This document shows, one piece after another, positions 21,493 to 32,118 of a DNA stretch of 42,219 bases. The stretch's first letter is position 1. Each line of letters begins with the position of its first letter. The position numbers and the translations under genes are program-made. The notes beneath the pieces were generated by a model. It worked only from the letters and a program-made list of their open reading frames with translations. It ran no database searches and was not told where the DNA came from. Origin of the DNA: Planctomycetes bacterium UBA1146 (lineage in GTDB: Bacteria > Planctomycetota > UBA8108 > UBA1146); the NCBI GenBank assembly GCA_002311345.1, contig DCAA01000006.1, positions 142,808 to 185,026 on the forward strand, given 5' to 3'.

Positions 21493-22927
21493 AGCCAAAG
21501 AGCTACAGGAACTTGCTGACAAGGAATACGAGTTTGGATTCGTCACCGATGTCGAATCCGATTCCATCCCTGCTGGACTCGACGAAGAGACGATTCGCGA
21601 GATCTCTCGTCGCAAGGATGAACCGGATTGGCTGCTGGAGTACCGTTTGAAGTCGTATCGCTACTGGCTCACCATGAAAGATCCTTCGTGGGCCAAGGTC
21701 GATCGAAATGTCATCGACTATCAGAAGATCATCTACTACAGCGCACCGAAGCCAAAAAAGGAGTTAAAGAGCCTCGACGAGGTCGATCCTGAACTGCTCG
21801 ATACCTTCGAGAAACTGGGAATCTCGCTCGACGAGCAGAAACGTCTCTCCGGCGTCGCTGTCGATGCGGTCTTCGACAGCGTGTCCGTGGCGACAACCTT
21901 CAGCGACAAGTTGGCCGATCTCGGCATCATCTTTGGTTCCTTTTCCGATGCGGTGAAAAACCACCCCGAGCTGGTTCGCAAGTACCTGGGCTCGGTGGTT
22001 CCCTATACCGACAACTTCTTTGCCGCCCTGAATTCTGCGGTTTTCTCCGACGGTTCCTTCTGCTACATCCCCGCAGGTGTTCGTTGTCCGATGGAACTTT
22101 CCACCTACTTCCGCATCAACGCGGAAGGAACGGGACAGTTCGAGCGTACGCTCATCGTGGCCGATGAGCGTTCCACCGTTTCCTACCTCGAGGGATGCAC
22201 GGCACCGATGCGAGACGAGAACCAACTTCATGCTGCTGTCGTGGAACTGGTGGCACTCGAAGATGCGACCATCAAGTATTCGACGGTGCAGAACTGGTAT
22301 CCGGGCGATGCCGAGGGAGTCGGGGGCATCTACAACTTCGTGACCAAGAGAGGCCTGTGTAAGGGGGATCGATCGAAGATCTCCTGGACCCAGGTCGAGA
22401 CTGGCTCGGCGATCACCTGGAAGTATCCATCCTGCATTCTCAAGGGTGATAATTCCGTCGGAGAGTTCTACTCCGTGGCTCTCACCAATAATTACCAGCA
22501 GGCTGATACCGGCACCAAGATGGTGCACATTGGCAAAGGAACCACCAGCACCATCGTCTCCAAGGGGATCAGCGCTGGTCACGGGCAGAACACTTACCGG
22601 GGCCTGGTCGATGTGAAAAAGGGTGCCGAGGGCGCACGGAATTACTCTCAGTGTGATTCGATGTTGCTGGGTGATCGATGCGGAGCTCACACCTTCCCGT
22701 ATATCGAAGTTCGAAATCCGAGTGCCAAAGTCGAGCACGAGGCGACCACTTCGAAGATCGGAGAGGACCAGATCTTTTACTGCAACCAGCGTGGGATCTC
22801 CACCGAGGATGCTGTCTCGATGATTGTGAACGGATTCTGCAAGGAGGTGTTCAGTGAACTTCCGATGGAATTCGCAGTCGAGGCGCAGAAGTTACTCGCC
22901 GTGAGTCTCGAGGGGAGTGTTGGCTGA
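21485..22927 (+). CDS. sufB: Fe-S cluster assembly protein SufB
   Basis: [76 protein letters not shown]. Confidence 0.97.
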   Translation: MSEAKELQELADKEYEFGFVTDVESDSIPAGLDEETIREISRRKDEPDWLLEYRLKSYRYWLTMKDPSWAKVDRNVIDYQKIIYYSAPKPKKELKSLDEVDPELLDTFEKLGISLDEQKRLSGVAVDAVFDSVSVATTFSDKLADLGIIFGSFSDAVKNHPELVRKYLGSVVPYTDNFFAALNSAVFSDGSFCYIPAGVRCPMELSTYFRINAEGTGQFERTLIVADERSTVSYLEGCTAPMRDENQLHAAVVELVALEDATIKYSTVQNWYPGDAEGVGGIYNFVTKRGLCKGDRSKISWTQVETGSAITWKYPSCILKGDNSVGEFYSVALTNNYQQADTGTKMVHIGKGTTSTIVSKGISAGHGQNTYRGLVDVKKGAEGARNYSQCDSMLLGDRCGAHTFPYIEVRNPSAKVEHEATTSKIGEDQIFYCNQRGISTEDAVSMIVNGFCKEVFSELPMEFAVEAQKLLAVSLEGSVG

Positions 22928-23718
22928 TGAACCGGAAGAAGGATGAGATGTTACTCGATGTACAGGACCTCCATGTTTCCGTGGATGGTACCGAAATCCT
23001 TCGTGGATTGAATCTCCAGGTGAAGGCGGGAGAGGTCCACGCCATCATGGGACCAAACGGTTCCGGAAAGAGTACTCTCGCGAACGTGCTGGCTGGACGT
23101 GAAGAATACCAGGTGGATAGTGGAACCGTTCGCTACAACGGTCTTGATCTTCTTGAACTCTCCGCCGACGAGCGCGCTTGCGAGGGGATCTTCATGGCAT
23201 TCCAGTATCCGGTTTCCATTCCCGGCATCTCGACCGCTTACTTCCTTCGTAGTGCACTCAATTCCATTCGACGCTATCGTGACGAATCAGAAGTGGATCC
23301 GATAGATTTCCTGGAGATGATCCGATCCAAAGTTGAGCTGGTCGGGATCGATGAAAAATTGCTCCAGCGTGCCGTCAATGACGGATTCAGTGGCGGAGAG
23401 AAGAAGCGCAACGAGATCCTACAGATGGCGGTTCTCGATCCGAAACTGGCGATCCTCGACGAAACCGATTCCGGACTCGACATCGATGCGCTGCGAATCG
23501 TTGCCGAAGGGGTCAACTCTTTGCGCGCAGATGATCGTGCTATCGTTGTGGTCACACACTATCAACGACTGCTCGATCACATCATTCCCGACCATGTTCA
23601 TGTGCTCTCAGGAGGCAGGATTGTACGGTCGGGAGACAAGACCCTCGCACAAGAACTCGAACGTGATGGTTATGCCGGGCTCGGGGTGGATGACGCCAGG
23701 GCCGGAAGCAGGACCTAG
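22927..23718 (+). CDS. sufC: Fe-S cluster assembly ABC ATPase SufC
   Basis: Walker A GPNGSGKS, FQYP, GFSGGEKKRNE, LDETDSGLDID, THYQRLL. Start may be ATG 22948. Confidence 0.97.
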   Translation: MNRKKDEMLLDVQDLHVSVDGTEILRGLNLQVKAGEVHAIMGPNGSGKSTLANVLAGREEYQVDSGTVRYNGLDLLELSADERACEGIFMAFQYPVSIPGISTAYFLRSALNSIRRYRDESEVDPIDFLEMIRSKVELVGIDEKLLQRAVNDGFSGGEKKRNEILQMAVLDPKLAILDETDSGLDIDALRIVAEGVNSLRADDRAIVVVTHYQRLLDHIIPDHVHVLSGGRIVRSGDKTLAQELERDGYAGLGVDDARAGSRT

Positions 23719-23726
23719 GAGGCGCC

Positions 23727-25037
23727 TTGACACCTGAAGCTATCGATTCCTGGACTGAATCAGTACGCGCCACTGCGCAGCGTCTCAACAAGGCCGATGA
23801 CGGTCTCCGTGGGCGACGTGAAGATGCTCTACAGCGTTTCCAGTCGAACGGGTTCCCTGGTCGTAAAGATGAAGAGTGGCGCTACACCCCGCTCAAGAAA
23901 CTGGTCAACGGTCCGTGTCATCAACTATTGCCCGCTTCAACCCGGATCCCTGTTCAAGCAGACCTGCCCATCGAGGCGGCCGCCCGGGTTGTGCTCGTCA
24001 ACGGTGAGTTTCAGGAACCACTTTCCGATTTCTCCTCTCTTCCGGCTGGAATCAAGATCGGTTCCCTGGCCAGTCTCCGGAAGCAAGACTCTGGCGCAAT
24101 CGTCGACTTACTTTCCAGTTCTTTTCCACTGCAAGATCATCCTTTCCAGAGTCTTTCCGATGCGATGCTCGATGACGGCATCTGGATCGAGGTTTCCACT
24201 GAATGTCGTGATGAAGTGGCAACGATCCACATTCTGCATGCCTTCGATGGATCCCGGGGAGCGGGATCAGCTCATGTCACGGGGATCATCCGGTGCGCAG
24301 CGGGAACTCGGCTACGTGTGGTGGAAGAGGTCCGATCTGAAGGTGAAGTACTCGGGAACATCCGCTGGGGAGTGGCCCTGGCAGAAGACTCATCCCTCGA
24401 CAGGGTCCGGGTCATTCGCCCGGGTTGCGATTCCGTTTTCCATGGCACGAGAGTCGTTCAGCAAGGTGGTTCTAACTTTCACGATCTGATGATCTGTGCC
24501 GGATCCAATCTGGTCCGCAACGAGGTGAATACCATCCACTCTGGACCACGTTGTCACGTCGAACTGCTGGGAGTATACGCGGCTCGGGGAATAGAAGTGG
24601 TCGACAACCACACCACTATCGAGCATGCGGTGGAAGATTGCACCAGCCGTGAGATCTACAGGGGAGTTCTATCCCAGAAGGGGCGTGGAATCTTCACTGG
24701 AATGATCCACGTCCATCCGGATGCTCAGCGAATCGATGCAAAACAGTCCAATGACACCATCCTCCTGTCTCGTGATGCAGAGATGAACTCCAGGCCTCGT
24801 CTGGAGATCTACGCCGATGACGTGAAGTGCACTCATGGGGCTACGGTAGGAGAACTGGATGAGGAAGCGCTTTTCTATCTCCGATCCAGGGGGATTCAAC
24901 TGGACGAGGCCCGCAGGATGCTCGTCAGGGCTTTCGCTTCGGAGGTTCTTTCCGGGTTGGATCCAGAGGAGTTGCGTGAATTCATCATCGCGGAACTCGA
25001 GCAATGCATCCCAGAAAGCGGGGAGTGTGCTCCTTGA
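23727..25037 (+). CDS. sufD: Fe-S cluster assembly protein SufD
   Basis: EEWRYT, beta-helix region, P.LEIYADDVKCTHGATVG.LD.EALFYLRSRGI; TTG start with AGGAGG RBS. Confidence 0.93.
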   Translation: MTPEAIDSWTESVRATAQRLNKADDGLRGRREDALQRFQSNGFPGRKDEEWRYTPLKKLVNGPCHQLLPASTRIPVQADLPIEAAARVVLVNGEFQEPLSDFSSLPAGIKIGSLASLRKQDSGAIVDLLSSSFPLQDHPFQSLSDAMLDDGIWIEVSTECRDEVATIHILHAFDGSRGAGSAHVTGIIRCAAGTRLRVVEEVRSEGEVLGNIRWGVALAEDSSLDRVRVIRPGCDSVFHGTRVVQQGGSNFHDLMICAGSNLVRNEVNTIHSGPRCHVELLGVYAARGIEVVDNHTTIEHAVEDCTSREIYRGVLSQKGRGIFTGMIHVHPDAQRIDAKQSNDTILLSRDAEMNSRPRLEIYADDVKCTHGATVGELDEEALFYLRSRGIQLDEARRMLVRAFASEVLSGLDPEELREFIIAELEQCIPESGECAP

Positions 25038-26290
25038 ATCGACAGTCTCATACCGATGAGCCAGGCGGAACCTCGCTTGATCTCGCCACGGTGAGGTCGT
25101 TGTTTCCATGCTTACAGCAGCAGATCCACGGCAACCCGCTCGTCTATCTGGATAGTGCTGCAACGACCCAGAAACCCATCTCCGTTCTGGAAGCGATGGA
25201 CGGGTATTACCGTGAATATTGCTCGAACATTCATCGGGGAATCCACACCTTGAGTGAGAGGGCTACGGCGAAATACGAGGATGTCCGGAACAAGGTCGCG
25301 GCATTGCTGCGGGCTCCCGATCCTCGCTCAGTGGTCTTTACCAGCGGTACCACGGAAGCCATCAATCTGGTGGCCCGGACCATCGGCAGAGAACGTGTCG
25401 GTTCCGGCGACGAGGTTCTGATCAGTGCGATGGAGCATCATGCAAACATCGTCCCATGGCAGATGCTGTGCGAGGAACAGGGGGCGACTCTCAGGGTGAT
25501 TCCCTGTTCCGACGAGGGGGATCTGATTCTCGATGATCTCGTCGACTTGATCTCGGAGAAGACCCGGATCGTCGCCATAGGCCATGTTTCCAACGCCATC
25601 GGCACCGTCAATGACATCAAGCGCATCATCCATTCTGCCCGGGAAATGGGAGCACTGACCGTGGTCGATGCGGCGCAGTCTGTACCCCATATGAACATCG
25701 ACGTGGAGGATCTCGGTTGTGATTTCCTCGCTTTCAGTGGCCACAAAGTGTACGGGCCAACGGGTTCCGGGGTTCTCTGGGGACGACTCGAACTGCTCGA
25801 GGCGATGAAGCCCTGGCAAGGTGGCGGGGACATGATCCGGACCGTTTCCTTCGAGAAAACGACTTATGCGGATGTCCCTCTGAAGTTCGAGGCAGGAACG
25901 CCCGATATCGCTGCGGTGATTGGCCTCGGTGCTGCGCTGGATTTTGTCAATGAGATCGGGCTCGATGCGATCTACGCTCATGAAAAAGAACTTCTCGATG
26001 AAGCAGTAGCCAAGCTGGATCAGGTGTCTGGAGTGCAAATTGTCGGACGTCCGAATCAGCGGGCCTCATCCATCTCCTTCGTGCTAGATGGTGTGCATCC
26101 TCACGATGTCGGGACAATCCTGGACCAGAAAGGTGTTGCTGTGCGTGCCGGCCATCACTGCGCAATGCCATTGATGAAACGCTTTGGTTTGGTTGCGACC
26201 ATCCGGGCTTCGTTTGGTGTCTATAGCGAATCGGAAGACGTGGATTCTCTCGTCGAAGCGATCGATGAGGTGAAGGTGATCTTCCGATGA
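25034..26290 (+). CDS. sufS: SufS group II cysteine desulfurase
   Basis: YLDSAATTQKP, MEHHANIVPW, SGHK (PLP lysine), FEAGTP, RAGHHCA. Confidence 0.96.
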   Translation: MNRQSHTDEPGGTSLDLATVRSLFPCLQQQIHGNPLVYLDSAATTQKPISVLEAMDGYYREYCSNIHRGIHTLSERATAKYEDVRNKVAALLRAPDPRSVVFTSGTTEAINLVARTIGRERVGSGDEVLISAMEHHANIVPWQMLCEEQGATLRVIPCSDEGDLILDDLVDLISEKTRIVAIGHVSNAIGTVNDIKRIIHSAREMGALTVVDAAQSVPHMNIDVEDLGCDFLAFSGHKVYGPTGSGVLWGRLELLEAMKPWQGGGDMIRTVSFEKTTYADVPLKFEAGTPDIAAVIGLGAALDFVNEIGLDAIYAHEKELLDEAVAKLDQVSGVQIVGRPNQRASSISFVLDGVHPHDVGTILDQKGVAVRAGHHCAMPLMKRFGLVATIRASFGVYSESEDVDSLVEAIDEVKVIFR

Positions 26291-26739
26291 ATGATTTTCG
26301 AGATCTCTACCAGGAGATGATCCTCGATCATTACCGGTCCCCTCGCAATTTCGGGCCGCTCGAGAGCCAGAACCTATCAGCTCGGGGATATAACCCTCTA
26401 TGTGGAGATGAGGTGGAACTCCACCTCTATCGTGATGGCGATGGAATCTTGCGCGATATCTCTTTCGAGGGGTGTGGCTGCGCCATCTCGACCGCATCCG
26501 CTTCGATCCTGTCGGAAGTCTTGAAGGGTAGACCGGAAAATGAAGTTCGCGGTATCTTCGAGGAGTTCCACAAGATGATCACTGAAGAAGGAACTGCACC
26601 CGAAGGAGAAGGGTTGGCGAAACTGAAGGTATTTTCCGGAGTGAAAAATTTTCCCGTCCGGGTCAAATGTGCGACGCTTGTCTGGCACACGCTTATCCAG
26701 GCTCTCAATGAGAAAGAGGAGGAGGTCTGTACCGAATGA
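26287..26739 (+). CDS. sufU: SufU (NifU-family) sulfur-transfer/scaffold protein
   Basis: LYQEMILDH, NPLCGD, GCAIS.ASAS, RVKCA.L.W. Confidence 0.93.
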   Translation: MNDFRDLYQEMILDHYRSPRNFGPLESQNLSARGYNPLCGDEVELHLYRDGDGILRDISFEGCGCAISTASASILSEVLKGRPENEVRGIFEEFHKMITEEGTAPEGEGLAKLKVFSGVKNFPVRVKCATLVWHTLIQALNEKEEEVCTE

Positions 26740-27134
26740 TGTCTGATCAAGATAACGCAAATAGTGGTGATCCTTCCCGGGGTGAAAATCCGTCCGAGGT
26801 CGAACTGCGCCCGGCAGGTCTCCAGGCCGAGGAGGGAACCCTCGAGGATCGTGTCATCAAAGCGATGGAGTCCTGCTTCGATCCGGAGATTCCCGTCAAC
26901 ATCTACGAACTGGGTCTGGTCTATCGAGTCGACATCTCCGGTTCGAAAGTGGATGTGGAGATGACCCTCACTTCTCCGGCCTGTCCTGTTGCCGGCACCC
27001 TGCCGGGTGAACTGGAGCAGAAAATCGCCGCTGCCGAGGGTGTCGAGGATTGCTCGGTGGGGGTGGTCTGGGATCCGCCCTGGACAAAAGATCGGATGAC
27101 GGAGGGTGCCCGGTTGCAACTGGGGATGTTCTAG
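26736..27134 (+). CDS. sufT: DUF59/SufT Fe-S maturation protein
   Basis: DPEIPVNIYELGL, MTLTSPACPVA, VWDPPW..DRM.E.ARL.LG. Confidence 0.9.
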   Translation: MMSDQDNANSGDPSRGENPSEVELRPAGLQAEEGTLEDRVIKAMESCFDPEIPVNIYELGLVYRVDISGSKVDVEMTLTSPACPVAGTLPGELEQKIAAAEGVEDCSVGVVWDPPWTKDRMTEGARLQLGMF

Positions 27135-27154
27135 ACAGCAATCGGAACCCGGGC

Positions 27155-28081
27155 CTACTGCTTTCGGGGAGTCAGATCCCTCTTCAGTAGCAGGGCGGCG
27201 GTTTGTCCGGGTGGGAGCCCGGCCAGTTCTTTTGCGATGATTCTCAGCAAGTTGATGCGCCGGGACCGATCGACCCGACCGATCTGTTTGGCGCGATTCA
27301 ACAGTCGCGTCCCGTATCCCAGGTATGGTCGACAGGTCTCATCCCAGCGTGTTTTCATACGCGGACCCAATTTCTCGAAGTACCGCTTCGCCGCCACCAG
27401 TTCTGCGCTTCCTCTGGCGTACTCGCCGTTTTCGTAGTGTTTGCTGGCACGCTCGAGGTGAATCTCGAAGAACTCGAGATTGAGGCGCGTGGCACGAGAT
27501 GGAGCTCTTTTTTCGATGAGGGCTTCGAGTAGCGACTCGGTGTCCTGGAAGGGGATCTCCTTGTCGAGCTGGCCGAGCAGTTCTCCATCTCCAGAGAAGA
27601 AGAGCGCTGCCGGGAGCAACTCGGGAAGTTCGACTCCTTGCAGTAACATTTCACTACCTGTGTGTTCCTCACAGCGACAGTTTCTCAGCACAGGACAGCG
27701 CCAGCGCGGCTTTGCTTCCTCGCTATCGCGGATCCGTTCCTCCTGGTGCCGTGTTCCGTCCAGTGCCGGAAGCCAAACGATGGCCGGAACCGATTCCTCT
27801 TCGAGTACTTTTAGGTAGTTTTGATCGAGGATTCGGTTGGAAGCCCATGCTTCGGAAGCGGGTTCACCGTCGCGGAGAATCCACAGCAGAATCGCAACCC
27901 GACGATCTCTGGCTTCCTGTTGCGCCTCTACCAGTCGATCTCCGGCCCAGCGGATCGGAGGAACCCCTCGGCTCTGTTCCCACAGGGGAACGAGCGGTGC
28001 AGGATCGTCGAGTTTTTCCTGTGCGATGGGCTCACCCTGGATGGGAGTCAACAGGGTGAGAGCGAGCAGCAAAGAGTACAT
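27155..28081 (-). CDS. Exported hypothetical protein, probable thioredoxin-like fold with Cys/His insertion and helical C-terminal domain
   Basis: GGAGG RBS; signal peptide; IRW...L.EA...A....V.ILLW pattern typical of thioredoxin-like domains; H..CP..C.C.EH cluster. Confidence 0.6.
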   Translation of the reverse strand: MYSLLLALTLLTPIQGEPIAQEKLDDPAPLVPLWEQSRGVPPIRWAGDRLVEAQQEARDRRVAILLWILRDGEPASEAWASNRILDQNYLKVLEEESVPAIVWLPALDGTRHQEERIRDSEEAKPRWRCPVLRNCRCEEHTGSEMLLQGVELPELLPAALFFSGDGELLGQLDKEIPFQDTESLLEALIEKRAPSRATRLNLEFFEIHLERASKHYENGEYARGSAELVAAKRYFEKLGPRMKTRWDETCRPYLGYGTRLLNRAKQIGRVDRSRRINLLRIIAKELAGLPPGQTAALLLKRDLTPRKQ

Positions 28082-28172
28082 GGTGCCTCCGAGTGCAGGA
28101 GTGTCAGTTCCGGGTTGGAAACGGACCGTCCACTACAGGGAATTTTACCATCCGGAGCAAAATGCGGCGTAT

Positions 28173-29462
28173 TCAGGGAGTGGGGGCGTCCAGGGGGGCC
28201 AGATCCTGGTTTTTGAAGGCCTTGCCGAGCGCTCGCGGCCAGCGACGACCATTGAGGATCTTGCCGATGACACCACTGCGGACGATCCAATCGTAGGAGA
28301 GATAGCCGATCAGAGTGGTCAAGCCCAACGTGATGAAGAATTTGGGAAATGCGCCCAGCGATTGATGGACGAGCAATCCCGGGATCAACACGGTGAAGGG
28401 CAGATGGATGATGTAGACCCAGTAGGAGCCATCCACGATGTAGCGAATTCGTGGAATCTCGCGATTCGTGATGAGCAGGCACAGACCGAGGAATCCCCAG
28501 ATTCCGTTCCAGATCATCAGAGCCGAGAGACACGCACCGATCCACATGCTCGTTTCCCGATCGGGGATCTCGACCCCGAGCGTATCACAGGTCGATCTGG
28601 TGAGATCTCCGGCAGGCAATCCGATCCACTGCAGGAAGAACTCCAGCCAGTAGAGATACAGGATCAGTGTCAACAGTATTGAGCCGATGCTTTTGGGCCA
28701 GCTTTTCAATCTGTCCAGATGCGTTCGCTGACTCCAGAAGGACCAGCCACACAGGTAGATGAAACCGTATGCGAAAAAGGAAGTGGGTTCGGGAATGAAG
28801 GTGACTCCCGTTGCGAGCAGGCCCGCTGTATTTTTGAGGAACAAGATCAGGGGTAAGCACAAGAGCAGCGTTCCTCCAGGAATCATCGTCAAGGAGCCGA
28901 GGATACGAGTGGGGATGCTACGCACTCCTTCGGGCAAACAGAGGCGACCTGCCCTGATCAGCAAAAATGCCCCCACGCAGTAGAGGAGCAGGTAGTAGAG
29001 GAACCACAGATGGATCGTGATCGGAAGAAACAAGTCAGCGGCCTTCATCGAGGAGACCACCCCGAACCCCGCATCCACGCTACCTCCGTAGCGAGAACCA
29101 TTGGCGAAAACAAATGCTGAGATGGTCAACGGAACCATCAGGGGAAGGAAGATGAGCATCGGTAGTCCCAGTCGGGAGAGGCGATTGGAGATAAAACTGC
29201 CATCTCCCCGACGTTCGACCAGCAGTGCCGAGAAGAAGCCGGCGATGAACATGAAGATCGGCATGCGCCAGACGTGGATGTAGAGGATCATCAGGCCGAA
29301 GAAGGAACTCCCTTGCGGATCGCGAAAGTTCCAGATCGCATCGGCGGGAGAGTCCTGATAACTGCAAGCAGAGTGTAACACCAGCCCCAGCAGCATCATC
29401 GCTGCCCGCAGCCCATCGAAGGCATGAAGGCGGGGAACAGCGCTCAACTGGGAGTCATTCAA
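28173..29462 (-). CDS. Acyltransferase-3 family membrane protein (OpgC/MdoC-like)
   Basis: RLHAFDGLRA.MMLLG.VLH, HVWRMPIFM.IAGFF, RL.RLG.P, HLWFLYYL, SYWVYIIH; about 10 TM helices. Confidence 0.88.
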   Translation of the reverse strand: MNDSQLSAVPRLHAFDGLRAAMMLLGLVLHSACSYQDSPADAIWNFRDPQGSSFFGLMILYIHVWRMPIFMFIAGFFSALLVERRGDGSFISNRLSRLGLPMLIFLPLMVPLTISAFVFANGSRYGGSVDAGFGVVSSMKAADLFLPITIHLWFLYYLLLYCVGAFLLIRAGRLCLPEGVRSIPTRILGSLTMIPGGTLLLCLPLILFLKNTAGLLATGVTFIPEPTSFFAYGFIYLCGWSFWSQRTHLDRLKSWPKSIGSILLTLILYLYWLEFFLQWIGLPAGDLTRSTCDTLGVEIPDRETSMWIGACLSALMIWNGIWGFLGLCLLITNREIPRIRYIVDGSYWVYIIHLPFTVLIPGLLVHQSLGAFPKFFITLGLTTLIGYLSYDWIVRSGVIGKILNGRRWPRALGKAFKNQDLAPLDAPTP

Positions 29463-29481
29463 GAGCCAGTCCTGTTCGGTT

Positions 29482-32001
29482 TCACGGTTGCAATATCGAG
29501 CGCAGTAACAGTCCGAAGTTGCCGTGAGTCCATGACCGGTAGTGGGGACGGAAACCGAAAAGATGGATTCGGCCCTTCCCGACCTTGGTCGTGGCCCAGG
29601 CGGTGGCCCCGGCGATCACCTCCGGATTCTCTGCCCACCCTGACAGCAGGATGCTCTGTAAAGGGAAACTCAGCAGGCTCTTGATGGGGCCGACTTCGGA
29701 GTTGGCATCTGGATCTACCTCTTTCGTTCGCCAGGCCAGGGAGCGCGAGAAAAATATCGAGATCGAATTGGGGAGCCCCGCAGTCCATTGCGCTGACCGA
29801 TGCGGGATCGTTCTCAGGATCGATCCAGGGCACTGGAAACGAACCTCGTCGCTGCTCGGGCTTGCCGGCTCGAGCGGAAGATCGAACAAGTCGATGGCGA
29901 AAGTGGATGAGCGGCCGGTACAGATGAGGCGACCACCACCGCGGACGAACTCCTCGATGGCGATGACTCCCTCGGGAGCGAGACCTCCCGCCAGTTCCGG
30001 GAATACACTTCCTTTGCTCCGCCCATTTCGAATGCTTCTGGCGCTGATGTCGGGGATCACCAGTACGTCGATGATTTCCGACAGTTCACCAGCACGGATT
30101 TGCTCGTTACGGACTCGGCGGTAGGGAATCTGGTAATGGTCCAGCACCCAGCGCAGCCACCCTTCATCCATGCTGGCGCTCCATGGCGCGTAGACGCCTA
30201 TGCGACCCGGTGGCAACTCGAACCCGTAGATCTTGGATTCACGAAGATTCGCTTCATCTTTTTCTTCCACGCTTCTCAGTTCCACCGCCCAGTTCCCATC
30301 TTTGGTGCAGAAGACTCGATGCCCATCGGCACGCGCGCTCAGAAGATCTTTGATCCGTGAGGTATCTGTCGAGGAGATCGTCCTTACCGGGATGGCCTCC
30401 TTCTCTCCAGGGATCTTGAGGAGTTCCGGCTGGTCTGGCTGCGATGGGGAGTGACGGGCAACCAGCGTCGCGACATCGGTGACCGGTTCGGTGGCCACCG
30501 TGATTTTTTCGAGTACCTCTACGCGTCTCAATCCAAACAGCAGTGGTAGGGTCCATCCTGCGACATCGTAAGGAGCAGGACCATCGGGGTATCGTTGCAC
30601 CTCGAACAGATCCTTGAGGAAGGTGCCGTAAGGTTGTTCGCGGTGCAGGACCAGGGTTCCGGACGGGTACGGTCGGCCATCGGCTTCGAATGAGTTCATC
30701 GCTTCACCCACCTCCAGACCCTGGGCCAGCAGAATCTCCATGAACCTGTGCAGTGCATCTGGATCCTGCTGCCCCGGTGGGATCAGCCAGCCTCGCGGAG
30801 CTTCTTCGCGTCCCTTGCGGACCACATCGCGGGCGACCCTCAGCGAGTTGCGGAGCCAGGTGCGTGGTTCTCTTGCGATGCTGGCCAGCAGTGACTCGGC
30901 GAGCGCGATCTCGTAGCGATGGATGTCGCCGACTCGCCACCAGCCGCCGGGCCATGGAGCAGGGAATCGATTCGATGGGGCGTATCCGGTTTCGATGCCA
31001 CCGGGTGCTGAAAGACTCGAAGGAGCAATCCAGATGGGACTGGCGAGATTCGCCGAGGCGGCCTCGGAGAGCAGTCCGATGATGTTGTGCCGGACAGGGA
31101 CGTTTCGGTTACCCCCGTTCCACCACATGTCATAGGTCACTCCCGTGGAGATTCCGGTATAGCCCCACGAAGTCAAATCGAGCATCGCTCTCGCACCGAG
31201 AGCACCGATGCCGGAAATGGTCACCGGATGGAGGTTCGGATTGAGCGGATCACGGAAGGGGGGTACGAACAGTCGCTCTCGCCTCGACCCCTGCTGGTGC
31301 ACATCCCAGTAAACGGTCGGGAACCATTCGGTGTAGAGCAAACGGGTAACGATACGAGTCTCCTGGAGTGAAAGTGCGAACCAGTCCCGGTTGTTGTCGT
31401 GACCTGCGTACAATTGATAGAGTTCGGGAAGGGAAGCATTTTCGTACGGGGTGCCGACGATCTTTCGATACCAGGAGACGACTCGATCGAGACCATCCGG
31501 GTTCATCGTCGGAATGATGACAGTGACCACTTCACGGCGAGCCAAGGACCAAGGTTCTGCCTGGGAGGTGGCCAGGTTCCACGCCAGGGTCATCGACATC
31601 TCTGCTGCCGCGATTTCCGTCGAGTGCATGTTGCAGGAGACGAACAGGATCGGAACCGCTTCTTCCAGCAGCGCTTCGGCGGCAGCATCCGACAGGTTCC
31701 GCGGATCTGCGATGGCCCGACTCAGCGCCTGGATGCGCGCGAGTCTGTTCAGGTTCTCGGCAGAAGAAATGACGCAGATCCGGAACGGACGCCCCAGTGT
31801 CGAGGTTCCGACCTGCAAGGTGGTCGCGGTATCCAGTTCTTCTGAGATCCTATCGAACCAACCTCCGATGGTAGACCAGTCCGCAAGTTCGAAGTCGGTT
31901 CCCGGAGGTCTCTCGAGCCACTCCTCCGGCGAAGGAGCCTGGGCCTCCAGTAGTGGACAGAAGGCCATCGAGAATGCGCAGATCAGCAAGGTGAGTTTCA
32001 T
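29482..32001 (-). CDS. Secreted M14-family zinc carboxypeptidase-like protein with C-terminal GATase-like domain
   Basis: ATG 32001 with GAGGAG RBS; signal peptide; HSTE (HxxE), NPDG, DNNRDW, DVHQ; PYDVAGWTLP; SMDEGW.RW.LD; FV..GG.L; LFGFRP.YR. Confidence 0.87.
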   Translation of the reverse strand: MKLTLLICAFSMAFCPLLEAQAPSPEEWLERPPGTDFELADWSTIGGWFDRISEELDTATTLQVGTSTLGRPFRICVISSAENLNRLARIQALSRAIADPRNLSDAAAEALLEEAVPILFVSCNMHSTEIAAAEMSMTLAWNLATSQAEPWSLARREVVTVIIPTMNPDGLDRVVSWYRKIVGTPYENASLPELYQLYAGHDNNRDWFALSLQETRIVTRLLYTEWFPTVYWDVHQQGSRRERLFVPPFRDPLNPNLHPVTISGIGALGARAMLDLTSWGYTGISTGVTYDMWWNGGNRNVPVRHNIIGLLSEAASANLASPIWIAPSSLSAPGGIETGYAPSNRFPAPWPGGWWRVGDIHRYEIALAESLLASIAREPRTWLRNSLRVARDVVRKGREEAPRGWLIPPGQQDPDALHRFMEILLAQGLEVGEAMNSFEADGRPYPSGTLVLHREQPYGTFLKDLFEVQRYPDGPAPYDVAGWTLPLLFGLRRVEVLEKITVATEPVTDVATLVARHSPSQPDQPELLKIPGEKEAIPVRTISSTDTSRIKDLLSARADGHRVFCTKDGNWAVELRSVEEKDEANLRESKIYGFELPPGRIGVYAPWSASMDEGWLRWVLDHYQIPYRRVRNEQIRAGELSEIIDVLVIPDISARSIRNGRSKGSVFPELAGGLAPEGVIAIEEFVRGGGRLICTGRSSTFAIDLFDLPLEPASPSSDEVRFQCPGSILRTIPHRSAQWTAGLPNSISIFFSRSLAWRTKEVDPDANSEVGPIKSLLSFPLQSILLSGWAENPEVIAGATAWATTKVGKGRIHLFGFRPHYRSWTHGNFGLLLRSILQP

Positions 32002-32118
32002 ATTTTGGCTCCTCTTTGCCCCTCGAGGGGGGAATGGACCCAGGATGGGGACCCTGGCGACGAGGCGCAACCGTTCGGTCTCGATGCCGCCCGGGAAGAA
32101 GGAGTGTATGATCCAGCA

